Below the pieces are notes generated by a model. It worked only from the letters and a program-made list of their open reading frames with translations. It was not told the DNA's origin and searched no databases. Positions 23,858 through 33,842 of a stretch of 64,000 bases of DNA are shown piece by piece. Every line of letters starts with the position of its first letter. The stretch's first letter is position 1. The translations under genes were made by a program, and so were the position numbers. Source of the stretch: Euprymna scolopes (lineage: Eukaryota); assembly GCA_053919585.1 (NCBI GenBank), contig JBSSHM010000269.1, one strand, 5' to 3'.

Positions 23858-25222
23858 TTATTTATCCGTATCTCTAGGACGTAATATTGCGACAATACGA
23901 TTTTCTGCTCTAAAATACTTCTCACTAACTCGCCGAATATCTTCTGCCGTTACCTTATCAATACTCGGCAAATAGCCTTTTGACTTCTCCCAACCAATAC
24001 CCACTGCCTCCAATGCACCTAACTCATAACCTTGATAAAATAATGAATCCTTACCATACACGCTCGAGGCTTTTATTTGTACCTTAATCTTTCTTAACTC
24101 CTCCTGAGAAACCAACTCTGTTTTTAAACGTTGGATTTGTGCAAACAATGCCGACTCAAGTTGTTCCACAGGCTTACCTTCTGCCGTTACCCCATCAAAG
24201 ACAATCATATTTTGCAAGCGTGAAATCAGATTGTAATACGCACCACTTTGCGAGGCAACTCGTTGTTTATTAACTAATTCAGTAGGTAATCGTGAACTCC
24301 CTCCAGAATCCATCAATGCTGAAATTAACAACAACGCAAACACATCATCCTCATTACCTTCTTGCTCACTCATCATTGACCATGAAGGAATCTTATACCC
24401 TATCATAATCAACGAATATTGCACATCTGCGAGCATCTCATATCTTCTCTCTGTTGTCGAAACAGGCTCAATTCTTGGTTTAATCTGTGGAATTTCTCTT
24501 GCCGGTATATGGGCAAAATACTTCTCAGCCAATTCTCGTACTATTTCTGGTTGCACTGCACCCACTACCACTAACACAGCATTATTTGGTCCATACCATT
24601 GCTCAAACCACTTTTGTGCATCTTCCATCTGATAATTCTCAATATCACTCATCCAACCAATTACTGGAATTCGATAAGGATTTAAAGCAAAACCATTAAC
24701 ATAAAATGACTCATAAAGCCTGCTATTTGGATTATCATCTGTACGCAACTTTCTTTCTTCCATCACCACTTTCCTCTCTTTGGCAAACTCCTCCTCATCC
24801 CATATAATACCCTGCATACGATCTGCCTCTAGCTCAAGTATTTTAGCCAGATGCTCACTTGATATATTTTGATAATAAGCCGTATAATCTCGACTTGTAA
24901 AAGCATTATGATTGCCACCATTTCTTGCCACAATTGAAGAAAATTCGCCACTTGGATACTTTTCAGTACCTTTAAACATCATATGCTCAAGCATATGTGA
25001 TATACCACTTATGCCAGAATATTCATAGCTGGACCCCACTTTATACCATAATTGGGAACTCACCACAGGTGCTCGAAAATTCGGTCTAACCAAAATAGTT
25101 AATCCATTATCCAAACGATACTCCACCACCTCAGGACTACCCTCTCTCTCCTGAGCAAGAGCCATTGATGAAAAAACAAATATCCCCAAAGAACAAACAA
25201 TGCTAACAAATCGAATCATCAT
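23858..25222 (-). CDS. M16 zinc peptidase, catalytic subunit
   Basis: SHMLEHMMFKGT, NAFTSRDYTAY; signal peptide from Met at ~25222. Confidence 0.9.
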   Translation of the reverse strand: MMIRFVSIVCSLGIFVFSSMALAQEREGSPEVVEYRLDNGLTILVRPNFRAPVVSSQLWYKVGSSYEYSGISGISHMLEHMMFKGTEKYPSGEFSSIVARNGGNHNAFTSRDYTAYYQNISSEHLAKILELEADRMQGIIWDEEEFAKERKVVMEERKLRTDDNPNSRLYESFYVNGFALNPYRIPVIGWMSDIENYQMEDAQKWFEQWYGPNNAVLVVVGAVQPEIVRELAEKYFAHIPAREIPQIKPRIEPVSTTERRYEMLADVQYSLIMIGYKIPSWSMMSEQEGNEDDVFALLLISALMDSGGSSRLPTELVNKQRVASQSGAYYNLISRLQNMIVFDGVTAEGKPVEQLESALFAQIQRLKTELVSQEELRKIKVQIKASSVYGKDSLFYQGYELGALEAVGIGWEKSKGYLPSIDKVTAEDIRRVSEKYFRAENRIVAILRPRDTDK

Positions 25223-25422
25223 AAAAAGTGTAATCATAAAAAAATAAAAATTGAATACAATATATAGAGAGTATATAAATATTTTCAAACCATAGGTAAA
25301 AAATTCTAAGAGGAATTCTGATATACAATAAATATCAAAATACCCTATAGCTACCAACCAAACCATCATACCACGCCCAATCCCTATTTACCAACTAATC
25401 ACGATACCATTTTATTCACTCA

Positions 25423-26326
25423 ATGTCTATTCTTAGTAACCTAAAAAAAAACCCGTGATTCCCTAAAAAATATCCTCAGTGGCTCCTCAAAAAGCATTGA
25501 TGAATCAACCCTAAACATGATTGAAGATGCACTCATTCAATCCGACTGTGGCTTAGAAACAACAGACAAAATACTTGCCAAATTACACAAAAAAAAGGGT
25601 GAATGGCGACCCATACTCACTGAAACGCTTAAAGCCATACTCTCACCCATTGAATTGAGTACCTCATTTAACCTCATCAAAGAGATACAACAACATCCAC
25701 CGCAATTTCCCTACACCATTTTAATGATAGGCGTAAACGGTGCAGGAAAAACCACCACCATCGGTAAACTCTGCCATCTCCTTCATCAACACAACAAACG
25801 CACCCTTCTTGCTAGTGCAGACACCTTTCGAGCCGCTGCCTCAGAACAACTCAATGAATGGGCAAAACGCAATCACGCAGACATCATATCTGGACAATCC
25901 AAAGATCCTTCTGCGATGCTCTACACCACTATCGAGAAAGGAATTTCTCAACAATACGACATCGTTATTGCCGACACAGCAGGAAGACAATTTAACCAAC
26001 AAGGACTGATGCAAGAGCTACAAAAAATGCACCGCACCGCACAAAAATTCTCCCCCGAATTACCCCACCAAGTTTGGATAATCATTGATGCAGGAAGTGG
26101 ACAAAATGGTGTCCACCAAGCACGGGCATTCCAACAAGCCATTCCCATCACTGGATGCATCGTTACCAAACTTGATGGTACTGCCAAAGGTGGCATGATT
26201 CTATCCATTGTGGATCAACTGCAACTCCCCATCTACTACCTTGGTACAGGCGAACAAGCTGAGCAACTACTAAACTTTAATGTAGATGAATTTATTCAAG
26301 GTTTTATACCCGAATCCAACACATAA
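25423..26326 (+). CDS. ftsY: SRP receptor FtsY (frameshift in A9 run near 25445)
   Basis: GVNGAGKTTTIGKL, DTFRAAA, DTAGR, TKLDGTAKGG; upstream ATG 25423 gives MSILSNLKK-TRDSL. Confidence 0.94.
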
Positions 26327-26337
26327 ACAGCATTTGA

Positions 26338-27045
26338 ATGAAAGAACTTATCCAACTCAACAACATAGGCATTAACTTTCTCACCACAGATGGAGACGTA
26401 TGGGCATTACGCAGCATTGACCTCAACATAGCCGAAGGAGAAACCGTATTTGTTACTGGACCATCCGGTGCAGGAAAAAGCACCCTATTTCGTATCATTA
26501 GCCTCATTGAAAAGCCCACACAAGGTGAGCTTATTGTTGCTGGTGAAAATCTCAATAATATCCACGCTATCACTGCCTCCTCATACCGTCAGCAAATTGC
26601 CTTAGTCCCTCAATACCCGATGTTGCTTAATGACCGCAGCGTTCTTGAAAATCTCCTCCTAGCACTCAACATTAATGGTATGGAAATTGAAGAAAGTATT
26701 GAACGTGCAGAAAACGCCCTACGTACCGTGCAAATGGAACGCTTTAAAGATGCTAACCCTCTCACGCTTTCAGCTGGTGAACAACAACGTGTCTCACTTG
26801 CTCGTGCCATTGCTCGCCAACCCAAAATTCTCCTAGCAGATGAACCCTCAGGCAATGTTGACCCCGAACTTTCTAAAGATATTTTTAACCTCCTCATTAA
26901 TATGACTGAGCAAAACAGCACCACTTTGCTCATCTCAACACATGATCTCTCATTAATGAAAAACGTTAGCCAAACAAGAAATCGTCCATTCCGTCATATT
27001 AAACTAGATAAAGGTAACCTACAATCTGATCAACTCACCATCTAA
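26338..27045 (+). CDS. ftsE: cell division ABC ATPase
   Basis: GPSGAGKST, LSAGEQQRV, LLADEPSGN; lies between ftsY and ftsX. Confidence 0.85.
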   Translation: MKELIQLNNIGINFLTTDGDVWALRSIDLNIAEGETVFVTGPSGAGKSTLFRIISLIEKPTQGELIVAGENLNNIHAITASSYRQQIALVPQYPMLLNDRSVLENLLLALNINGMEIEESIERAENALRTVQMERFKDANPLTLSAGEQQRVSLARAIARQPKILLADEPSGNVDPELSKDIFNLLINMTEQNSTTLLISTHDLSLMKNVSQTRNRPFRHIKLDKGNLQSDQLTI

Positions 27046-27075
27046 CACCATCACTAGCAAAACATAGTCAATACC

Positions 27076-28017
27076 ATGAAACTATCTTTTCCCAAACTCA
27101 CCTACCAAGCAAATATCACGCAAATAGGTAGCTCCCTTAAACTGCTACTTAAACGACACTGGCTATCTCTAAGTATCACCTCCATACTCAGCGGAATGTT
27201 GCTCACCTTACCAACCATTTTTTTCCTCTTTAATCTACAGATTCACCAATTTATCAATCAATCAAATGAGCAACAACAAATCACTGTTTTTCTCCCTCCT
27301 AATAGCACTGAATCACAAATAAATGCTACCCTACAAAAAATTCGTGCGATGCCCAATCTTAAGCAAGCCACCCTTGTGAATAACGATGCTGCCCTAAAAA
27401 GCATCCAATATATTGAAGGCATTAATGCTGCCATTAAAGCCCTTGGTGGCGTTAACCCCCTACACCATACCATCCTCATCACCCCAGATAAAATGCTCAG
27501 CAAAGCAGACATTCAAATAACAAAAGCCACTCTCAATACCCTCCCCAATATTAGCCACGTAGCCATTGACGAACAATGGATTATTTTTATTCATAAAATC
27601 ACCAACAGACTTGCCAACTTCCTTACTTTATTTGCCTTTCTCTCTGCCCTCATCACCAGCACACTCATTTTCTACTTTATGCTGGTACGTTGTATGACCA
27701 CCCATGCTGAAATGAAACTCAAATTCTACCTCGGTGCCTATCCTTGGCAAATCTATCAACCCTATATTGGTTTTGGTTTAGTAATTGGTGCACTCAGCGG
27801 TGCCATTGCTGTATTTCTCTCATCACTTTCCTACTATTCCTACACTGCCATTTGGCAAAACACCATGGTGCAAGAACTCATCCAGCAACCGCTCATGACT
27901 GCCAAACCTCTCTTTTACCTATTTATCATTAGCCTGTTGATTAGCCTACTGAGTAGTGCCATTGCCACCTTTATCGTACGCAAGAACATTCTCAAAGATT
28001 ACCTACCCATTCAATAA
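27076..28017 (+). CDS. ftsX: cell division permease (divergent)
   Basis: TM1 + periplasmic loop (ITVFL, NPL) + 3 TMs, EMKLKFYLGA; follows ftsE. Confidence 0.8.
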   Translation: MKLSFPKLTYQANITQIGSSLKLLLKRHWLSLSITSILSGMLLTLPTIFFLFNLQIHQFINQSNEQQQITVFLPPNSTESQINATLQKIRAMPNLKQATLVNNDAALKSIQYIEGINAAIKALGGVNPLHHTILITPDKMLSKADIQITKATLNTLPNISHVAIDEQWIIFIHKITNRLANFLTLFAFLSALITSTLIFYFMLVRCMTTHAEMKLKFYLGAYPWQIYQPYIGFGLVIGALSGAIAVFLSSLSYYSYTAIWQNTMVQELIQQPLMTAKPLFYLFIISLLISLLSSAIATFIVRKNILKDYLPIQ

Positions 28018-28028
28018 CCCTCACCAAC

Positions 28029-29063
28029 ATGCCTAAAGAAAAAGACAAATTTCCACGTAAACCCTTTGATCTCAATCAGCCTGAAAAAATTGGCGTGCTA
28101 CTTGCCAATCTTGGCACACCAGATAAGCCTGATACCTCATCGGTACGTCGCTACCTTGCACAATTTCTGCATGATTGGCGAGTTATTGAAATCACTCGCT
28201 GGCTATGGTGTCCGATTCTACACTTTATCATTCTTCGTACTCGCCCCAGCAAAGTTGCCAAAATCTACCAAAGTATCTGGTGGAAAGAAGGCTCCCCTCT
28301 GCTAGTGATTAGCAACCTTCAAGCAGAAAAACTTGAACAATCACTCAACGCCAATAACCTCAGCTTACCCATCACTGTTAAGGTGGGCATGAGCTACGGC
28401 AATCCCTCTATCCCTCATGCTCTTGAGGAACTACGCAAAGAAAATGCCCAAAAAATTATTGTGCTACCCATGTACCCACAATACTCAGGTGCCACCTCTG
28501 CCTCCACCTTTGATGCTGTATTTAACGAACTCAAAAAATGGCGCTGGATGCCTGAGCTTCGCCTTATTCGTGACTACTACTGGCATCCTCAATACATCCA
28601 AGCCCTTGCCCACAGCGTAAAAAAAGCATGGAACGAACACCCCCAACCGGAAAAACTCCTCCTCTCCTTTCACGGCACACCCGAACGCTTCCGAGACCTA
28701 GGCGACCCCTACTACCACCAATGCAAAACCACTGCCGAACAAGTTGCCCAAGCCCTCAATCTCTCCCCTGATCAATGGCTCCTCACCTTTCAATCACAAT
28801 TTGGCAACGACCCATGGATCAAACCTGCCACCGATGCCAGCCTAAAAAAACTCGCCCAAGCAGGCATTACATCGGTGGACGTCATCTGCCCCGGCTTTTC
28901 TGCCGACTGCATCGAAACCCTAGAAGAAATTGAGGAAGAAAACCGAGAGGTATTTGAAAGTAACGGCGGCAAAACCTTTCACTACATTCCAGCTCTCAAT
29001 GATGATGATACACACATCAACGCCCTCACTGATTTAATACAGCAACACAGTCAAGGATGGTAA
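28029..29063 (+). CDS. hemH: ferrochelatase
   Basis: GVLLANLGTP, PMYPQYS, LSFHG, FQSQFG..PW, PGFSADCIETLEEI. Confidence 0.96.
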   Translation: MPKEKDKFPRKPFDLNQPEKIGVLLANLGTPDKPDTSSVRRYLAQFLHDWRVIEITRWLWCPILHFIILRTRPSKVAKIYQSIWWKEGSPLLVISNLQAEKLEQSLNANNLSLPITVKVGMSYGNPSIPHALEELRKENAQKIIVLPMYPQYSGATSASTFDAVFNELKKWRWMPELRLIRDYYWHPQYIQALAHSVKKAWNEHPQPEKLLLSFHGTPERFRDLGDPYYHQCKTTAEQVAQALNLSPDQWLLTFQSQFGNDPWIKPATDASLKKLAQAGITSVDVICPGFSADCIETLEEIEEENREVFESNGGKTFHYIPALNDDDTHINALTDLIQQHSQGW

Positions 29064-29064
29064 C

Positions 29065-29391
29065 CCTGACTATATAAAAAATATAAACTATCCAGAGCAT
29101 AAAGCTAATTGGTTAGCTTATGGAGACTTTAATGCAAAAGTTAAAACAATGGAAGATTTCTTTACTGCAGAGTATTTAAGTCAGCACATATCAAAAATAT
29201 GTGAAACTGAATATCAATTAGATGCGTCAAAAAGTGCAATTGACAACATTAAAAAAGCAACTGCACAAAATAAAGAAAAGTCTCAAGATATAAAAAATTC
29301 TCTAATTAATGAATTGGACAAAAAAGAAGACATCAAAAAAGAGTACTCAGATTTTATAGAAATATTAGAGAAAAAAATTACAAAAAAGTAA
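29065..29391 (+). pseudogene. 5'-truncated gene remnant, possibly C-terminus of an OLD/AAA-type nuclease
   Basis: Frame is open upstream of the annotated ATG back into the hemH end (PDYIKNINYPEHKANWLAYGDFNAKVKTMEDFF); very AT-rich; family guess is weak. Confidence 0.35.
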
Positions 29392-29401
29392 GATAAAACT
29401 C

Positions 29402-29815
29402 ATGACACCTCTTAACTTAACCTCCTTAGAAAAAGCTATTGACTCTTTCCAAGTGATTATTGATACGATCGCCACGAATACCCATGCCGATCTTGATGAG
29501 GTGCTACGAGATGCATTAATCAAACGTTTTAAATATTGCTATGAACTGAGTAAAAAGATGCTACTACGACATCTTAAATACCTTGGTGAGGATGATATTG
29601 ATCAACTCTCATTAGAAAACGCTATTCGCCTAAGAGCAAAAAAGGGAATACTATTAAATAGCTGGGATGTATGGAAAGATTATCGAGAAAACCATAACCA
29701 CACCGCACATACCTACGATGAAAATATTGCATCAAGCATAGCATAGGAGCTTCCCAAATTCCTTGCTGAAGCACAATATTTTTTAGCACAGCTTAAAAAA
29801 TACCACGAAAGTTAA
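29402..29815 (+). pseudogene. HI0074-family HEPN protein with in-frame TAG at 29744
   Basis: RDALIKRFKYCYELS.KML.RHL, RENHNHTAHTYDE; frame continues ELPKFLAEAQYFLAQLKK after the stop. Confidence 0.85.
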
Positions 29816-29838
29816 AAAAAGCTAAAAGGAATGTCAAA

Positions 29839-30107
29839 ATGAACACTGAAGACATGCAACCTCATCTTGATATTGCCACTAAGCATATGGAAATTGTGCA
29901 AAAAAATATTCTGATTTAGATTTGGCTTTGGATTTTAGCGATGTGGACATGCCACAAGCAACCATCCAAAAAACACTCCACCAACTTCGCTATGCTTTTG
30001 AGAAGTCATTGCTACCCTATACGGTTGATGTATTAAATATCCATACGGTATCATCGGAGTTCCAAGCCATTATTCATCAGCAGAAAATCAACCTTAAGTT
30101 ACCATAG
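29839..30107 (+). pseudogene. minimal nucleotidyltransferase (MNT) antitoxin with internal deletion
   Basis: LDIATKHMEIVQK joins out of frame to KYSDLDLAL...FEKSLLPYTVDV; the FGSR segment is missing. Confidence 0.8.
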
Positions 30108-30178
30108 CCTAAAAACAAGACGCCATAAAGGAAGTCTCTACGAGAGTTAACAAAAAACAACGTCTGCAACCATTCAAT

Positions 30179-30212
30179 AATGTGTGCAAAAAAGCTGTTT
30201 TTTGAACACATT
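30179..30212. repeat. inverted repeat / hairpin at right edge of the islet
   Basis: aatgtgtgcaaaaaa-gctg-ttttttgaacacatt (15-bp arms, 1 mismatch). Confidence 0.6.
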
Positions 30213-30432
30213 AACGTATCGTAGGTAATATGGCACGTTACAATTAAATTGGTGATTAAAATTTAACGAGCATAGTATCTATAAATGATTATTGGCATGA
30301 AAAATGTTAAAAAATCATACTAAAATAGATTCTCAACAATACTTAAACAAAAAATAGGCAAAAAGAAACGTTTATCTCAATGCCGAATTTATTCACATAC
30401 TTAATAATGCAGAAAATTTAGATAATTCACTC

Positions 30433-32145
30433 ATGAAACTCAGTAATTTTTATCTCAATACCTTAAAAGAAGCCCCACAAGATGCCCAATTAATTAGTCA
30501 TCAATTGATGCTAAGGGCAAACATGATTAAGCAGAATGCCTCAGGGATTTATACGTGGTTACCACTTGGCTTGCGAGTACTACGTAAGGTTGAGCATATC
30601 GTGCGTGAAGAGATGAATAAGGCAGGGGCGATTGAATTAGCCATGCCGATGACTCAGCCAGCAGAATTATGGCAAGAGTCTGGACGCTGGCAGGATTATG
30701 GTCCTGAATTATTGCGTATTCGTGATCGCCATCAGCGTGATTTTTGCTTGGGTCCTACGCATGAGGAGGTGATTAGCGATATTGTGCGTCAGGAAATTCA
30801 CAGCTATCGCCAGTTCCCACTCAACCTTTATCAAATCCAAACAAAATTTCGTGATGAGGTGCGTCCTCGCTTTGGTGTGATGCGCTCACGTGAATTTTTA
30901 ATGAAAGATGCCTATTCTTTTCACAATAATGCAGCGTGTTTAGAACAAACCTATCAATTGATGGTGCAAACCTATCGTGATATTTTTACGCGCCTTGGTT
31001 TAGATTATCGTGCTGTGTCAGCGGATTCGGGATCCATTGGTGGTGATACCTCACAGGAGTTTCATGTGCTTGCTAACTCAGGTGAAGATGGCTTGGCTTT
31101 TTCTAGCGAAAGTGATTATTGTGCGAATGTAGAATTGGCAGAATCCATCTGCAACATTAAACGTCCAGCCCCCAGTCAAAGTCTACAAACCGTTGATACC
31201 CCTCATAAACATTCCATTAAGGAAGTAAGCAAATTTTTAAATATTGCTCAATCACAATGCGTAAAATTATTGTTAGTGAAAGGCACTCAAGATGAAGCGG
31301 TTGCCTTAGTCTTACGAGGAGATCATACACTTAATGAAATTAAGGCAGAGAAACATCCTCTCGTACACACTCCTCTCACCTTTGTTGAGGAAAAAACTGT
31401 AGTTAAACTTTTTAAGTGCAACTTTGGTTCAATTGGACCAGTGGGAACAAATGTCCCTGTGATTGCTGACTCCTACGCTTTAGCCTTGGCAGATTTTTGC
31501 TGTGGAGCAAATAGTAATGATAAGCATCATATTGGCGTGAATTGGCAAAGAGACTTACCGGAGGCCGAAAGTGCTGATTTACGTGTCGTTGAGCAAGGCG
31601 ATCCCTCTCCTGATGGCAAAGGAATGATTACTATCCGTCGTGGCATTGAAGTGGGGCATGTGTTCCAATTAGGTAAAAAATACTCCGCCGCCATGAACCT
31701 TACTGTGCAAGATGCACAGGGTAATGATCAAATTCCTTATATGGGATGTTATGGTATTGGCATCAGCCGCATTGTGGCAGCCAGCATTGAGCAAAACTAT
31801 GATGAACGAGGCATTATTTGGCCATCGCAAATTGCTCCCTTTGATTTACATATTGTCTTGCTCAATCCAAAAGAGAATGCTGAACTAACTCAGTTAAGTG
31901 ATGAGATAGAGAGCTATTGTCAGCAACGTTGCATTGAGGTGCTGGTAGATAATCGCCCTCTTTCCCCCGGTAACAAATTTGCTGATGCGGATTTAATTGG
32001 TTGTCTTCATCGCTTAATTATTGGTGAAAAAGGATTAAAAAATCAACAAATTGAATATAAAAAACGAGACACCGCTGAACCTACTTTTATTCCAATAGAT
32101 ACGTGGCAAACCTTTATTGATAAGCTGTTTTCAGCATGTTGCTAA
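30433..32145 (+). CDS. proS: proline--tRNA ligase
   Basis: LGPTHEEVI, KFRDEVRPRFGVMRSREFLMKDAYSF, GIEVGHVFQLG, MGCYGIG. Confidence 0.98.
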   Translation: MKLSNFYLNTLKEAPQDAQLISHQLMLRANMIKQNASGIYTWLPLGLRVLRKVEHIVREEMNKAGAIELAMPMTQPAELWQESGRWQDYGPELLRIRDRHQRDFCLGPTHEEVISDIVRQEIHSYRQFPLNLYQIQTKFRDEVRPRFGVMRSREFLMKDAYSFHNNAACLEQTYQLMVQTYRDIFTRLGLDYRAVSADSGSIGGDTSQEFHVLANSGEDGLAFSSESDYCANVELAESICNIKRPAPSQSLQTVDTPHKHSIKEVSKFLNIAQSQCVKLLLVKGTQDEAVALVLRGDHTLNEIKAEKHPLVHTPLTFVEEKTVVKLFKCNFGSIGPVGTNVPVIADSYALALADFCCGANSNDKHHIGVNWQRDLPEAESADLRVVEQGDPSPDGKGMITIRRGIEVGHVFQLGKKYSAAMNLTVQDAQGNDQIPYMGCYGIGISRIVAASIEQNYDERGIIWPSQIAPFDLHIVLLNPKENAELTQLSDEIESYCQQRCIEVLVDNRPLSPGNKFADADLIGCLHRLIIGEKGLKNQQIEYKKRDTAEPTFIPIDTWQTFIDKLFSACC

Positions 32146-32171
32146 ACCGGTAACGCATCATAAATGTAACT

Positions 32172-32663
32172 GTGCAAAAATTTCTACTTTATTGTGCCAC
32201 AGGTTTTGGATTAGGATTTCTCCCTGCTCCTGGCACAATGGGAAGTTTGCTCTTTACTGTGCTATGGTGGTTTGTTTTGCAATATTTCTCTTTATGGTGG
32301 CAAATAGTTTTATTACTCGGTGCTACCTTGATCAGTTACCCAATTATCGAACAAGCAACAAAAGAATTCGCTCAACATGATGCTAAGCAAATTATTTGGG
32401 ATGAGTTTATTGGTATGTGGATTAGCTTGCTTAGTATCCCTTTATACCTAACGCTAACTTCCTCCATCATCACCAATACACAGCTACTTTATCTTACCAT
32501 CCTTGCCTTTGTGTTATTTCGAATTTTCGATATCGGCAAACCTTTCCCTATTTACCTCATTGATCAAAAAATAAAAAACTCATGGGGAATATTAATGGAC
32601 GATATAGTAGCAGGAATTTTTGCAGGATTTTGTTTAGTTATTTCACTTATTTTCATGTTATAA
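32172..32663 (+). CDS. pgpA: phosphatidylglycerophosphatase A
   Basis: GFGLG..PAPGTMGS, IIWDEFIG, LFRIFDIGKPFPI, GILMDDIVAG. Confidence 0.94.
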   Translation: MQKFLLYCATGFGLGFLPAPGTMGSLLFTVLWWFVLQYFSLWWQIVLLLGATLISYPIIEQATKEFAQHDAKQIIWDEFIGMWISLLSIPLYLTLTSSIITNTQLLYLTILAFVLFRIFDIGKPFPIYLIDQKIKNSWGILMDDIVAGIFAGFCLVISLIFML

Positions 32664-32740
32664 TTGTCAGCTAAGTTTAAATATTTGTTACTTGTTGGTA
32701 CATTTTATTATTACACTAAAAAAATACATTACATCGATTT

Positions 32741-33178
32741 ATGATAGGTTATAGAAGTTATGTGGCAACGCCATCCACAATTAATAATGAATGGTATGTG
32801 GTGGATGCTAAAGATAAAGTACTTGGAAGATTAGCCACTGAAATTGCTTTACGTTTGCGTGGCAAACACAAACCAACCTACACACCACATATGGATTGTG
32901 GCGATCACATTATTGTCATCAATGCAGATAAGATTGCTGTAACAGGAAAAAAAAGAACTGACAAAAAATACTATCGTTACACAGGTTACGTAGGCAACCT
33001 AAAAACTACTAGCTTTGAACATCTTATGCAACGCTCACCAACTAAGGCTGTTGAACTTGCTGTTAAAGGGATGTTGCCAAGAGGTCCTCTCGGTAGATCG
33101 ATGTTTAGAAAATTAAAAGTTTATGCTGGAGAATCTCATCTTCATACAGCACAAAACCCAAAAGAACTAAAAGTTTAA
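32741..33178 (+). CDS. rplM: 50S ribosomal protein L13
   Basis: [28 protein letters not shown]. Confidence 0.98.
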   Translation: MIGYRSYVATPSTINNEWYVVDAKDKVLGRLATEIALRLRGKHKPTYTPHMDCGDHIIVINADKIAVTGKKRTDKKYYRYTGYVGNLKTTSFEHLMQRSPTKAVELAVKGMLPRGPLGRSMFRKLKVYAGESHLHTAQNPKELKV

Positions 33179-33207
33179 CCCCCCCCTACTTAGAAAGTAT
33201 CTTATCT

Positions 33208-33594
33208 ATGGAAACATTTACAGCGACAGGAAGAAGAAAAAGCTCAGTTGCAAGAGTTATTTTACGCAGAGGAAATGGCGTCATTACCATCAACAAACGT
33301 GATCAAGAAATTTACTTTGGTCGTGAAACAGATAAAATGATTATCCGCCAACCGCTTGAAGCTGTTGATATGTTGGAAACTTTTGATATTTCGATTAATG
33401 TAAATGGGGGTGGCACAACTGGACAAGCCGGTGCTATTCGTCATGGAATCGCTCATGCCTTAGTTAACTACGATGAAACATTAAAATCTGTTCTCCGTAA
33501 AAGCGGATACATTACACGCGATGCAAGAAAAGTTGAGCGTAAAAAGATTGGATTACACAAAGCAAGAAAGAGACCACAATACTCTAAGCGTTAA
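33208..33594 (+). CDS. rpsI: 30S ribosomal protein S9
   Basis: [36 protein letters not shown]. Confidence 0.98.
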   Translation: METFTATGRRKSSVARVILRRGNGVITINKRDQEIYFGRETDKMIIRQPLEAVDMLETFDISINVNGGGTTGQAGAIRHGIAHALVNYDETLKSVLRKSGYITRDARKVERKKIGLHKARKRPQYSKR

Positions 33595-33643
33595 TCTATT
33601 TTTTATGACATTATAAAAAAATCAATAAAACCACCTTTCTTTA

Positions 33644-33672
33644 TTGACATTGTAAAAAATCTGTTATAGAAT
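33644..33672 (+). promoter_or_regulatory. sigma70 promoter
   Basis: TTGACA (33644-33649), 17-bp spacer, TAGAAT (33667-33672). Confidence 0.75.
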
Positions 33673-33678
33673 ATATAG

Positions 33679-33736
33679 CATATTGTTAACGATTCCTCCT
33701 GATATCGGTGTGGCTAGACTGCACCGATATTTTTTT
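33679..33736 (+). ncRNA. candidate small RNA (~58 nt)
   Basis: Bounded by the near-consensus promoter and an intrinsic terminator; contains ATTCCTCCT. Confidence 0.45.
33702..33736 (+). terminator. rho-independent terminator
   Basis: atatcggtgtgg-ctaga-ctgcaccgatat followed by a T run. Confidence 0.85.
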
Positions 33737-33842
33737 ATAGGCTTCAAAAACTATTCAGTTCTACCTTGCCTACCTAATCTACTCTTTAAAAACCTCAAAC
33801 ACAGAATAAAAAATAAATAAACCAATACATTAAAAAAATATT

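Noticed and set aside
25223-25369. Hydrophobic N-terminal extension of the M16 peptidase
   Set aside because: Looks like translated AT-rich divergent promoter DNA; a normal signal peptide starts near 25222.
29064-30432. Replication terminus or dif site at the local skew flip
   Set aside because: No dif-like XerC/XerD site recognised, and the skew reverts within about 1 kb.
33595-33842. tRNA gene after rpsI
   Set aside because: No cloverleaf or GTTC T-loop; the segment between promoter and terminator is too short.
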